This document shows positions 51,614 to 64,000 of a DNA stretch of 64,000 nt, in pieces. The notes under the pieces are model-generated. The model was not told where the DNA came from, did not search any database, and was given only the letters and a program-made list of their open reading frames with translations. The DNA is taken from NCBI GenBank assembly GCA_951406725.2, contig OX597816.1, positions 110,236,001 to 110,300,000 on the forward strand, written 5' to 3'. The stretch's first letter is position 1. Every line of letters begins with the position of its first letter. This DNA comes from Octopus vulgaris (Eukaryota). The position numbers and the translations under genes were made by a program.

Positions 51614-52793
51614 AAGTTCCTACAATAATGAAATGAGGAACGACCATTATTTCTGCCTTGTCTTTTATATCGCTCCGTATAAAAACCAGCGTCACTAGAA
51701 GACCGCCATGGATTTTCAATATAGAATAGGATGAACTATAACCTCAGATACTGCCACATAAATATGCAGAGTTCTTTACTAATCTATACAATATTTTAAA
51801 CCTGGTGTACTAACAGAGAGCCTATAAATTATTTTGCACGGAGTCACAATCCCTTAGAAGTATCTCTGTTCTAATATTTCACACAATTACTGTAAGCCTA
51901 AACAGAATATAAAAGTACTTACATATATGCATGCATGCATACATACATACATACATACACACATACATACATACATACATACATACATACATACATACAT
52001 ACATACATACATTCATACATACATATATACATATATACATACATTACATGTAATCATAAAAGCACCAATACGCACATTTGGCTAGATTGCTATTATAACC
52101 TGACATCCATTCACTTATTAATATATTCTGAAAAAGTAAATTTACAATACTTACTTATTAACATATTGAACGACGAATTTAGTAGAATCATGAAGTGAAG
52201 GCGGAAGTGAACTGTTTACTTTACGCACAGGGAGCTACGATGGTGCATGAGTTTTAGAATTAAGAATATGATAGACATAATTTGCATCTCAGCAATGTAT
52301 GATTTTATGATAGGCTAGCTACAGTTTTCGATAATGGGGGACATGAAATCTATGATAAAAAAGATATATTATATACACTTGACATAAAGAGAATTAGTAA
52401 GATGTAATAATTGTTGATGTTCTACTTGTGAACAGCAATATTTCAAGTCTATTTTGCATCACGTCTATATTTTATCATATGAACATTATGCATAAAAGAC
52501 ACATGCTCCCATCAATTCAATCTAAACCTCCTCATTAGAGAGATATATGTTCACTACAGATATACGTGACATTACATAATATGCACAAAGTTATGAATTC
52601 ACATGTCCATAAATTTACGATCCTCTGGTAAAAAATGGGATTAAAAAGATGCAAGCAGATATCAATAATGTCAGTTTTAAACGAATATTTTTAACTATAT
52701 CTAACAAAACTAGTAAATGTAATTAGAATACACATTCATGGTAATTCCTCGTGTATGTTCATATGTATATATGTATATATGTATGTGTATATA

Positions 52794-52854
<61 letters not shown>

Positions 52855-53338
52855 ATATATAAAACACTATATGATAAAGGAACATATTAAAACATAATCA
52901 CATGAATTCAGGAACTTATGGGCCAAGTTACGTCAAAATGTATGAGATATAGGTGACACTCCCGCAATTATGGGAATAAGCATAAAAATTGAAGAATTAT
53001 GTGCACGCACTCTAGCATGAGCAAAATGCATAATACTTGAGTGAGTGTGTGTGTGTCTGTGTGTCTGTGTGCGTGTGTGTGTGTGTATGTGTGTGTGTGT
53101 GTGTGTATCAGTGCTTATATTTGCGTGTGTGTTTGTTTATGTTTGCGTATAGGATATTCTGCAATGATATACATAAGTATACGCGTGTGAATTTATATTC
53201 ATATTTATATTTAGAAATGTGTACGTGGTGGGATCTAATGTAAGGAGATAGTATTTAAGAGTTGTTACTCTCATCTGTATAATTATATATTTTTTCAAAA
53301 ATCGCACACCATTCAATGTATCTTCGCTGTATTCTCAA

Positions 53339-53390
<52 letters not shown>

Positions 53391-56300
53391 CATTATACAT
53401 AGTTCTGCAGAATCAGTGTCGCGACGGAAGCGCATGGGTTGGGAGCTTGATCGGCAGAGGTGATCAGGTTGCATATGTCAAACCTTTTGAAAACACCACC
53501 TCCATCATGTAAGCCCCCCTTTGCTCATGGGTTGGAAACCTGTCCAGCAAGTAATATAGAACACCCAAAATGGCATCCGATCCTCTGTGTGAGAAGCGGT
53601 TATATTCAGATCACAACTAAGTAGATATATATATATATATATATATATGGGCAATACACACACACACACACACAAACATATACATATTTTTATCAATTAT
53701 TATGCTTGTGCAACCCATTAAAAATTAGACAAATATCAAAATTTATGGATTATTGTTTTGTTTAATTTAAACATCTTCACAGGTTGAAGAGCATGAAGAT
53801 ACGTGTCGTTATCAATTGAACTGAAACTATTTACTGTTCAATCACCCCTCTGTTATTTAGAGCAGTCATATTTGTGTAACAAAATTGTTATTTCATTCTT
53901 CTCTCTTTGGTTGGCAAGTGATATTTTCTATTTGTTTGTATCTAGGCATCAAATGAAGTGACAACCTTTAAATTTCACTTTTGCGACCTGGACATGAATG
54001 TTTTAAAGCAGGCCTATTTTCCACGACACTTCAGAGAGATTTAACGCTGAATTGCTGAAGCAGAAATATCGTTATAGTATATATTCTACTCAGTACTATA
54101 GATTTGCTGGTCATTTATTTCACATTAACCAATAATTGCATCTCTGATCATGAGCAGGAATCGTAGGGAAGCATCATAGCCATGTCCCGAGAAAGATTAT
54201 CTGGGGTTTGAATTACTGCAATAAAAGCAAAGTTTGAAGGCAATATTAGCTAATTTTAGAAATTTCTAGGAAGCAAATAGGAAATAACAGTTGCTACCCA
54301 AGGAGAAATATTCTGTTACACAGTGATACAAGGACAAAATATATATAAAAGGGAACGATAATATAGGTAAATTTACTTTTCTCTACATAGGAACTGAATT
54401 AATGCCTCAAACATTTATTTCTATGACACGTAGAATACCGCTCATTGAAAATGTTGGTATATAATATAATCTAAGCATACTTCATTAATGAATCGAAAAC
54501 AGGTCAAACTTCCTGCTTGAAGTACACTTCTATTTCATTTGAGGCCTTTGGCACATCTACAAATAACAACTCCTAAGTATACAGATAAATGAAAACCACT
54601 ACAGGTCTATCACTGTGAAGAATTATATGTTTAGAGAACATACAGGCGATGAAATGATTAAAAGTTCTTGGGGCGTTATTCAAATAGCAATGATGGCCCA
54701 GTACACAGAAATATGCAACAGCTTACAACAAAAGTGAAAATCCGTCGTGCATGTTTTTTTTTTTGCCGTCTTCACAAAAATAATTTTACTTTCAGAAATA
54801 TTATTTGGTTATATGCCAGGTAACAGATAAACTATAGCTATTCTTTTTAGCAGGGTGTAATAGAATGTAAATACTGTAACTGTTAACGGCTATAATTCAG
54901 CTATATTTCTATCAAGCTCGTGTTAGTTATTTCAGAAATTTAAAATTATTCGTTAAGTAAGAACGTCAATTCCATAGCTGAGTGATGTACAAGAATGCTG
55001 TTTCACAAACCGAAGGTACAATGGTTCGTTTCCTTATATATCAATGCATTTTACTTGTTTCCGTACATATCTTCGTTCAATTAACCACTGTAATTAGTTT
55101 ACTCGCATTTCCCTTAGCTTGCTGCATTGCGCATAAATCCTTCATTTCACCCAAATAAGTTACACGGGTGGTTTAAGTCTTGAAATTGTCCACAGATCTA
55201 TCGGAACAAGAAAACTGAATTAAATTCCTATATGCATTTTGAAATGTATTAGAAGTTACGTAAAATACAAATTATAACTGATCTTTGTTGTTGGTGTTAC
55301 AGATATATAACTTATAAATATATAATACTGTAGATGCATAATTTATAAATATATAATATTCTCTATTTGTTGCTCATTTCAAATGATGAGGAGCAGATCA
55401 TTTGGTGAACAACCAGGATGTGGCGAGGAATGAAGTGTTCTCTACCGTTTAAGATAAAATCCAGTGACAAACATTATAACTTGTGCCTTGATATCTTAAG
55501 ATTTAGCACGGAGATAGTACGGTCCCCGCACCACAGTAATTATGGAGTGTCTGATGCTACTGATTTAGCCACAGAATCTGAACCTTAGGAAAGAAAATTA
55601 GATAAAAATAAAAATTTTATAACTTAAACGTGGAAAGAATATGAAAACTGAAATAAGTTTCAACGTACTACGAAAAGAATGAACATTCCAGTCTCCACGC
55701 ACGGGAAAATATAATATCATTTATTATTAGCCTTCTTTCGAACAGGGAATAGCATAGGAGCAGTTACAGTTACAAGATTAAAGGTGTTTGACTTGCCGGG
55801 CAGACAGAAATTGTTTACAGCCACCTCGATTAGACGGTAGGTATATTGGAGCGGATCACTCCAAACTCACCATTGAATGTCATTGGTTAACTCTGAATAA
55901 GACTTCTGGTCTGCGAATACAAAAATATTTTGCCACCTTTCCATAAAGCTTGAAAATGCTACAGAGTATCATGTTAATATAATCTCTTACAACAGCATAA
56001 TACAATAATTTCATATACCAAGAAACGTTTATCGTATCCCGTTGCAACCTGAACTTGATAGCACGCAACTACGAATCTTCACAACACTACGGATGCAGGA
56101 GCTGACAATTACTGAAGATTACCACATATGATTTAACTTACTGAGCATAGCAGAAACTGACATCATAAGGAATGGTGTTTCTTTTCACCTCCAGAAAATA
56201 TTTCAGCTTACATTCATTTGACTGCATGGCATAATTTTACTGACAACACGAATCAGATCATCCTCACAAAATTGCTGTGTCCAATTTTTTTTTGTCGATA

Positions 56301-57231
56301 GCAAGTTGCTTTCTTCTCATATTTAACTGACATTCTGAAATTGCCATTCAACTACTCTCGATATTACTCTTCTACTCAACACACCCATAATGTCACGCTG
56401 AGACACAACACTAACCATTACGCCCAGAATATTCTTACTCCGATCATCGGTTCTCTTGAACTTCGTTTCAGGAAATTCTTGTTATATTTCTTTTAGCAAT
56501 GTAGGAGAAGCAACTGTTCAGAAAGTGCCCAAACAAATACAGTAGTTAACAGCGCAAACCACCGGAGTCTTATAGACGGTAGAGTATTTCTCAAACGTCA
56601 TCAAATAAAATAGAAAGCGCAATCTTAAGATATTAGAGCTAGAGTTATTGGAGAGGGAATGGTCTACACCTAGTTCAACTGTTTACAATCTTTCAGATAT
56701 CTGAATATATTCTATGAACGGAAAATCAATTAGAAATAATGTAAATATATATTCCTTATGATAACCAGAAAAATATAAAGTGGGAATATAGAATATACTG
56801 TATGAAACAAACTGGAATTATAAGATATAATTTAAATGAGTGAATGTCCACCAGTTGTAAATTGGAGCTACTATAATTTAACAAGCAGAAAAAAAGAGAA
56901 CTGTGTTACTTAATCCAACTGTAAAGGATATGTGAAACTTTTATCCATACACAGTACATAAGAATGGATTTCGTTCACATTTCTCTACTTCTTTGACCCT
57001 AATCGAAGAAAATTTCTCTAAGAGCTATGTGGCAGCCAAGACATTATACCGAAAACTCATAGTTGGACGAATATATATCACGAATATTCCACTTACAATC
57101 AACTGTTTGAAATTTCATGCAACCATACCCATTTCTAATTACAAACAAAATCTATCCGCAAAGAGATTATTAGCACTTCCTCGATAGAATTTTCAATGGA
57201 ATGAAGTATTTTAGCACTATATGTATGTATG

Positions 57232-57273
<42 letters not shown>

Positions 57274-57660
57274 CATACATATGCGTGTGTGTCTGTGTGT
57301 CTGTGTGTGTATGTGAGTGTGTGCGTGTGTGTGTGCGTGTATGTGTATATATGTGTATATACGTATATATATATGTATATGTATATATATATGAATGTAT
57401 ATATATACACATACATACATACGTGTGGATGAGTGAGTGAGTAGGTGAGTGTGTATGAGCGTGTGCACCCGTGTGCATGCATTTGTATGTAGGCATTTAA
57501 GTATTCACAGCTACCATCGCATTTCTAAAGACATTTTGTGGTCTACTTTCTGCGCTGTAAATATATATTAGTCATCATATGTTACTATTTTAGGCAGAAG
57601 CTCATAGAAGTTGGCAATAAAATTTTAGCTCAAATCAATGGACAGCTTCAACACGGAAAT

Positions 57661-57757
<97 letters not shown>

Positions 57758-57804
57758 GCTCACACACACATATTTTGATATCTGTATGTCTGACTATTTA
57801 TTTC

Positions 57805-57838
<34 letters not shown>

Positions 57839-57960
57839 TGTATGTATGTATGCATGTATGTATGTATTTATACATGTATGCATGTATAAATATATGTGTG
57901 TCTGTGTGTGTGCAGATACATGTGCATGTATATGTATGTCTGTCTGTCGCTCTCTCTCTC

Positions 57961-58046
<86 letters not shown>

Positions 58047-58994
58047 TATATGCATGTATGTGTACGTATATATGTGTGCATGTATGTTAATATATGTATG
58101 CATGGATTTATGTATATAATCAATGATATATATCATATGTAGAGAATGATGATGAACAATACCATTCCAATATTCTTTCTGAGATAAGCATACTTCATGG
58201 TTGCCGCTTTCATTTTGGTTAACTTCTTGTTGAAAGCAAATTTTGTAAGAAAATCATTTGGTGTTACAGTGCAACATTTTGCTAGTCTTCCATTTTCATA
58301 CATGAATAGCTGCTTTCTATTAACGGCTAACAGCAGAAAAGGTTGTTAACGAGATTTCAATATCCTTACTGAAATCTGAATATGTTTGCGAAGAATCCTA
58401 TGAATCATTATTAAAATCACCGTGTGAAAATCCACTGAAGCAAACATATCAATGTACTTGCATGGATGTTGAGATATATCGATAAAGACCATGTAGGAGA
58501 GATGTTCAATCCTAGCTAAGAAATCTAATCTAATTTAATATAATTCGATTTTTCCTTCTTTCATTTTATTTTCATTTCTCATATTTATCATGTAAAATGG
58601 TGTATGGCAATATTTAGAGTTAGGACATTAGCATATAAAACACTAGTGTATACTTTCGGCCTTAAGACATTTACGAGAATATCAGTTATGCACAACACAA
58701 GGACATGGGTAAGAAATATTACTAAATATTTAAATCCCAGCGACAACCTTTTATTCCTCCGCATCCTCCGACTCATCCTCCCGTTCCTATCACTCCTACT
58801 CCCATTCCCCACCTCCTCATACCCCTCCTCCGCTCCCTTCTCCTGTTCTACTTCTCCTTCTCTTCCTCCTGCAGTCTCTTTCTTCCTCATTCTCTTCCTC
58901 CCTTCCTTCTTTCCGTCTTTCCTCCTCCCCCTCCAACAGTCAGCCGTCCTCCTTTTCCTGCTCCGTCTGCCCTCTTTCTTCAAATTCTCTCCTT

Positions 58995-59052
58995 GTCTCC
59001 TTCTTCTTTTTCTTCTTCTTCTTCTTCTTCTACTACTACTACTACTACTACA

Positions 59053-59119
<67 letters not shown>

Positions 59120-59210
59120 ATTCTTTTCCTTCTTCTTTTCTCTTTTCCTTCATTCTCCTCCTCCTCATCGTAATCATCATCATCGTCATCGTCATCATCG
59201 TCATCATCGC
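58995..59210. repeat. Compound (TTC)n(CTA)n(TCA)n microsatellite
   Basis: Direct reading; explains overlapping low-complexity ORFs. Confidence 0.95.
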
Positions 59211-59333
59211 AATTATCTCCATCGCGTTCGTCTCTCAATCTTAACTCTCTGAGAAAAAAATCTCCTCTCCAATCATTATAACTCTATCAAGGAATTTCGA
59301 AATGACTCTAAACACACACACACTCATATATAG

Positions 59334-59377
<44 letters not shown>

Positions 59378-59499
59378 ACACACACACGCACATACGCACA
59401 CACATATATATGTATATATCTGTATCTACATATCTCTCTATATATTTATGTAGGAATGTATGTGTATGTGTGGGTGTGTATGTGTGAGTGTGTATTTGT

Positions 59500-59622
59500 G
59501 TGTCTGTGTTTGTCCCCCATCATCGCTTGACAGCCGCTGTATGTTTGTTTACGTCCTCGTAATATAGCGGTTCGGCAAAAGACACCTTTAGAATAAGTAG
59601 CATGCTTACAAAGAATAAGTCT
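59500..59622 (+). mobile_element. SINE fragment (family of 11299-11720)
   Basis: tgtgtttgtccccc..cgcttgacagccg..agcggttcggcaaaagac..cttacaaagaataagtc. Confidence 0.75.
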
Positions 59623-59629
59623 TGATGTC

Positions 59630-60149
59630 GAAATCGGTAGAAAAGAGTATTTGGACATTCTGGAGACCACTCTATTACCTTGGATGGAGCAGAAGTTTCG
59701 GCTTGACAATGTGCTGCTTATCCAGGATGCTGCATCATGCAATGGGTGAAAAGCGGCACAGGCCTTCCTTGGTGAAAAGGTACCATTTTTTGTGGGAGCC
59801 AGCCGCTATCTGGCCAAGTAATAGTCCAGAACTCTACCTTCTCGATTACATTTTATGGGGCATAATTCAAGGAAGGGCAATTGCTTCACCACTCTCGTGT
59901 ATCAACATGCATCGTGCGCGCGACACCCCTAATCAACAAGGTGGATGTTGCGGTATTTGCAATAAAATTTCGTTTTCGTGTGGAGGCGGTTATTGTGCAA
60001 AAGTTCGGCCATATTAAGAGATGTTGTTGTTGTAATAAATGTGACGCTAAAATTATATGTCTACTACCAGTGTTTTAGTATTTATAGACAGTTTTATGCA
60101 ATCGTAAAAATTGTAAAAATTGTCTCAGTTTATCTTCAAGACCGTGTAC
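59630..60149 (+). mobile_element. Tc1-like transposase 3' remnant with right terminus
   Basis: IQDAAS (cf. QQDSAP) and WPSNSPELYLLDYILWG (cf. WPSNSPDLNPLDY.VWG); ends gaccgtgTA. Confidence 0.75.
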
Positions 60150-60856
60150 ATTCACTCGGCGTAGGTTAACCAGAGATAAAGGAGACTATAATTGAATTAT
60201 CCACCATTGATCAAATTCTGTTTTTGTTTTTTGTTTCTCATCTAGAGAAATACATTTCTTGTAAACTTATTTAGTCTACATATATTGTAATTACCACAAA
60301 TGAGGAAATCATAATATGTGTACATGAATTGAATCTCTACCATCCAATTTTGATTAAACGTATATAGCATCATTTGTATTTGAAACATTGTCAACATAAC
60401 ACAGCTGGCAAAAACTACCTCCACGTCTTTTAATTTAAAAGAGAATACGGGCAAATATACATTCAAGGAAACAAGCAACACCCCGCACAGCAAAGCGGAG
60501 TTGAGCATATACAAGATCATATATATATATATTTACATGCACGTAACTATACGGATAATACACATCACAATATATACCAGGAAGGTATACACAGAAATAA
60601 TATATGTTAGTGTGTAGGAACACAAAATAAAAATCTATGAAGCCTGGAGTCAGAGAAGTATAGTCTTCTTTTGAAATATTTCTGCTATATTCCATACCGC
60701 AGCTTAAAAACACACGGACGTACATACTAGTAACTTATACATATTCATGTTCATACATCTATTCATTTATATGCGTATGACTACATACATGCATGCATTC
60801 ACACACATACACACACACACACACACAGACATATATATATACATACATATACATAT

Positions 60857-60922
<66 letters not shown>

Positions 60923-61658
60923 ATATATATATATATATACAGACACACGCTTACACACACACATGCACACATATTGTTACAGAGAGAAATCAAACACATG
61001 CCAGTAGCTACGCGTTAGATAAAATGAAATGGAAAAAGCTGAAAATTTAAAAAAATATATATTTAACAGAAAATAAAATGAAACAAGTAGAAATGAAATG
61101 AAGACATAGAAGAAACAAATCGAAACTGAATTTTGATTTATTTTCACAATAAAAATAATTCAATTAGTAATGCCGTTCTGTGGAATTTAAATCAATGCCT
61201 CAGTTGTAGGTTTCTACAGATAGTCTCTTAAATCATTGAAGTTTTGCCTGCTTAAAATTCAAAAGTCTGTTCGGGGTACTTCATTCTTTGAACTTTTAAG
61301 CTATCTTAGCAAGATGCAGATATTCTACGTTTTATATGTGCATGGAGTTTTTGTGGCTTTGTATTCTTAGAGAATTATTGAGGAAGGTTGTTCTAGAGGA
61401 AAGGGTATGTAACTGATAGTGGATTCGGTAAGAGTTGAAATATATGGTATGTGCAGTCTTTAGTTGTAGCTGTCTGTAGAAGAGATTATTTTAGTGATAC
61501 AAATGAGGAGCTTAATGACGTTACACATGGCGGTAATGATGATGATAGCACATGATTATAGTGATGATGGTGGTTCTTCTTATCGTTGTTGCTATTTCCG
61601 ATACTGAGGCTGCGCAGGTTGCTGTTGGTGGCGTCCATGCTAACGGAGACTGCAGCTG

Positions 61659-61720
<62 letters not shown>
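61659..61720. repeat. (CTA)n microsatellite
   Basis: Direct reading. Confidence 0.95.
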
Positions 61721-64000
61721 GTGAAAATGATGATGATGATACTGGTAATACTATTTTATTATCGCAATGATCAACAATTACTCCTCCTGGGCATCGTGCA
61801 CATCGTCATCGGTTGCAGCTGCAGCAATATGATTTTAATGAGCTTCAATACCGTTTCTAATATGATAGGAAATGACATGTGGCTCATTAGCATATCATGC
61901 ATTTTCTTCAATAGGCACGAATGCTTTGAAGGGTATCTCACTCGAGTTTGTTAGCGTACCTGAAAAATAATGTTGTTGCAGTTAGTTTTATATTCAAATA
62001 AGAACAACCAGACTTACTAACAAATGTACTTCGCTCAAGATCAAATGTTTCTTCAGTTTTAATCTACTTTGGACTATATCATGTAGCCTTTGAGTGTTTT
62101 GAAAATGGCAACATTTGATTGGTGATAGATTTGGTCACTATTTCTATCATATACGGTCTTTATGAAGGAACTCCTTACTAATGTAATGGGTAAGTAGTGA
62201 TTGAAGAAGCAGAAACATGATGCTAATCCATAAAAAAGTTGTTATTTTTGAAGATATTCTCAACCTCTAGGATATCCTACACAGATTTATGCGCTCTTGA
62301 ATTTTCAACATATCGTGAGAAAAACACATGAGTGGACACAATCATCAACTTTTCCCCATATAAAATATAACTGACACAATGAGACAAATAATTAATACAC
62401 AAAGGCGTTTCATTTTTAATTTATTATCCGAGACGTACTTATAATATACACATATATTGGGGAATGCATGGGAAATCTACTCTGCGAGTGTATTAACTAA
62501 AATGAACGCTACGTTGTGTGGAATGTGTTGTATGTTTTTCGTGTGCCATTTGGAATTTTGCAGATGTCAGTGAAACCTCTGCTTGTGTTGTCCTAAAATA
62601 TTTTCTTCAACTGACGCTTAACTGTTTTCAAGTTGATATCAATCTGAAGAGAGAGATTAGTCCTTCCACTGCATCGTTCTTGTTATATTACTTGAATATT
62701 TAGTTTCTTTGGGTTTAAATGCAATAATAATTTGAACTCTTTGTGGGATAAGTAACGTATAGTCCTGATATATTTTAATTCTGCTATTAATCACATTGGC
62801 ATCTATTGCATAGAATGTTCATATATATAAGAAAACTATCACAACAATATTCATACAAATATTTGATTTGTTTCTTATTTCATTAATGTTTCACTACCTT
62901 GTAGATAACTGATTTAATTGACCTAAAGAAAATATTTGGAAATAGTGATATTCCAAAAGCTAACAGAAAATAGTACTGGAGGGCCTTTTTCTAACTAAAT
63001 GATTACTTACTTCAGTGACACAACACTACAAGTTTAAAATGTAAATATCTAAGTATGTCTATTCTGTGTATTATAACATTGAGCACTTTCAAATTTAGTG
63101 TAATATTTCAGATCATATTGCAATCACTCTTAATATTGTTGCTAGAAATATATGTAAATATTTTAAAGAGAATGTTGCATTAGTCCTAATAGGTAATAAT
63201 TGTAGTATGCTTTGAGGTCAATTATCTGGCTGATAAGCCTAATGTCTCTTATGATTAAATATTTAGATGATTTGGGTTATCTTCCTCCATATGTCATGGA
63301 GAGAAATATTTAAAATATCGCGGTTCGTATCAAAGATGATAAGGTCGAAGACCAAATCTGTGATGGCGATAACATCAAATATGTGGATGTTGGTGTTGGT
63401 GATAATGAAGATAATATTATTGATGATAATAATTATTATATACCCAGTGATGTGATGGGAACGAAGTATTCGCTGATTTGGTAGACTGTTTGTGATCATT
63501 GTAGCATTGTTGGATGTTCCTGTACAAATGCCAAATCAGCCCCTGAAGCTTTTTTGTAATCCTGATTTCTTTATGGTATTCATTACTATCTTTACTCTAT
63601 TCTCATGTGACTTCTACTCTCTTTCCTGTCTGAGTGAGTCTCTTAGTTACATTTCACGAATGCGTGGGTTAGTTTTGCATGTGTTTCTCTAGTGCAACAA
63701 GAGTCAGAGTAAGCCAAATGTAGTTTCTCAAGTTACATATTGCGAATTCAGGCGAAACCTTGAACTTTGTATGAGGCTCTTCTATGTCTTCTTAGAGATT
63801 GGAAAGAGCGAGTAAGTGTTGCTAATGTCCATTATTTAATGTTCCATTGCCAATTGTCCTCGGTCTTCAAGCAAATATTTTATGATATTAATGATAACAA
63901 AATCTCTACATGTACGAGTTGTGATGTGGAAATAATAAAAAAAAATGTTTTTATGTATTTGAGTAATATGGTAGTTTATTTGTGAAGTGACATTCTGTCG

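Noticed and set aside
55950-56440. Possible mariner relic (VATGYDKRF, cf. IVTGDEKW)
   Set aside because: Single weak motif.
57593-57661. Possible short exon (ttttag|gcagaag..aaatg|gtatat)
   Set aside because: Weak donor site, unrecognised peptide and no partner exons; needs RNA-seq.
57135-59244. Long ORFs of 100-216 aa
   Set aside because: Translations of microsatellites; not credible genes.
63263-63499. Acidic/GAT-rich ORF-like stretch
   Set aside because: Low complexity with an in-frame stop and no recognisable domain.

Overview
AT-rich, microsatellite-dense eukaryotic DNA with no confident protein-coding gene. Most ORFs in the track are translated microsatellites. From memory, the SINE families and (TA)n/(CA)n density resemble an Octopus-type cephalopod genome (inference). 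The window holds transposon relics: a decayed ~4.8 kb Penelope-like element (PLE; RT plus GIY-YIG, inverted terminal repeats), Tc1/mariner, Gypsy and RTE-like fragments, a non-autonomous Helitron, MITE-like hairpins and tRNA-derived SINEs. The main signal is a set of small non-coding elements, often embedded in (TA)n tracts, that carry type I hammerhead ribozyme (HHR) motifs. The best case is a young element at 32121-32778: two 201-bp direct repeats 457 bp apart, each with a canonical minus-strand HHR, predicting a 457-nt self-excising, possibly circular RNA (retrozyme-like). Other families show variant cores (U3:A8 covariation, a shared A6U change, a UUGAUAC/GCAA core) or long stem II inserts with extended stem I. 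All alignments and folds were done by eye; no activity is shown.
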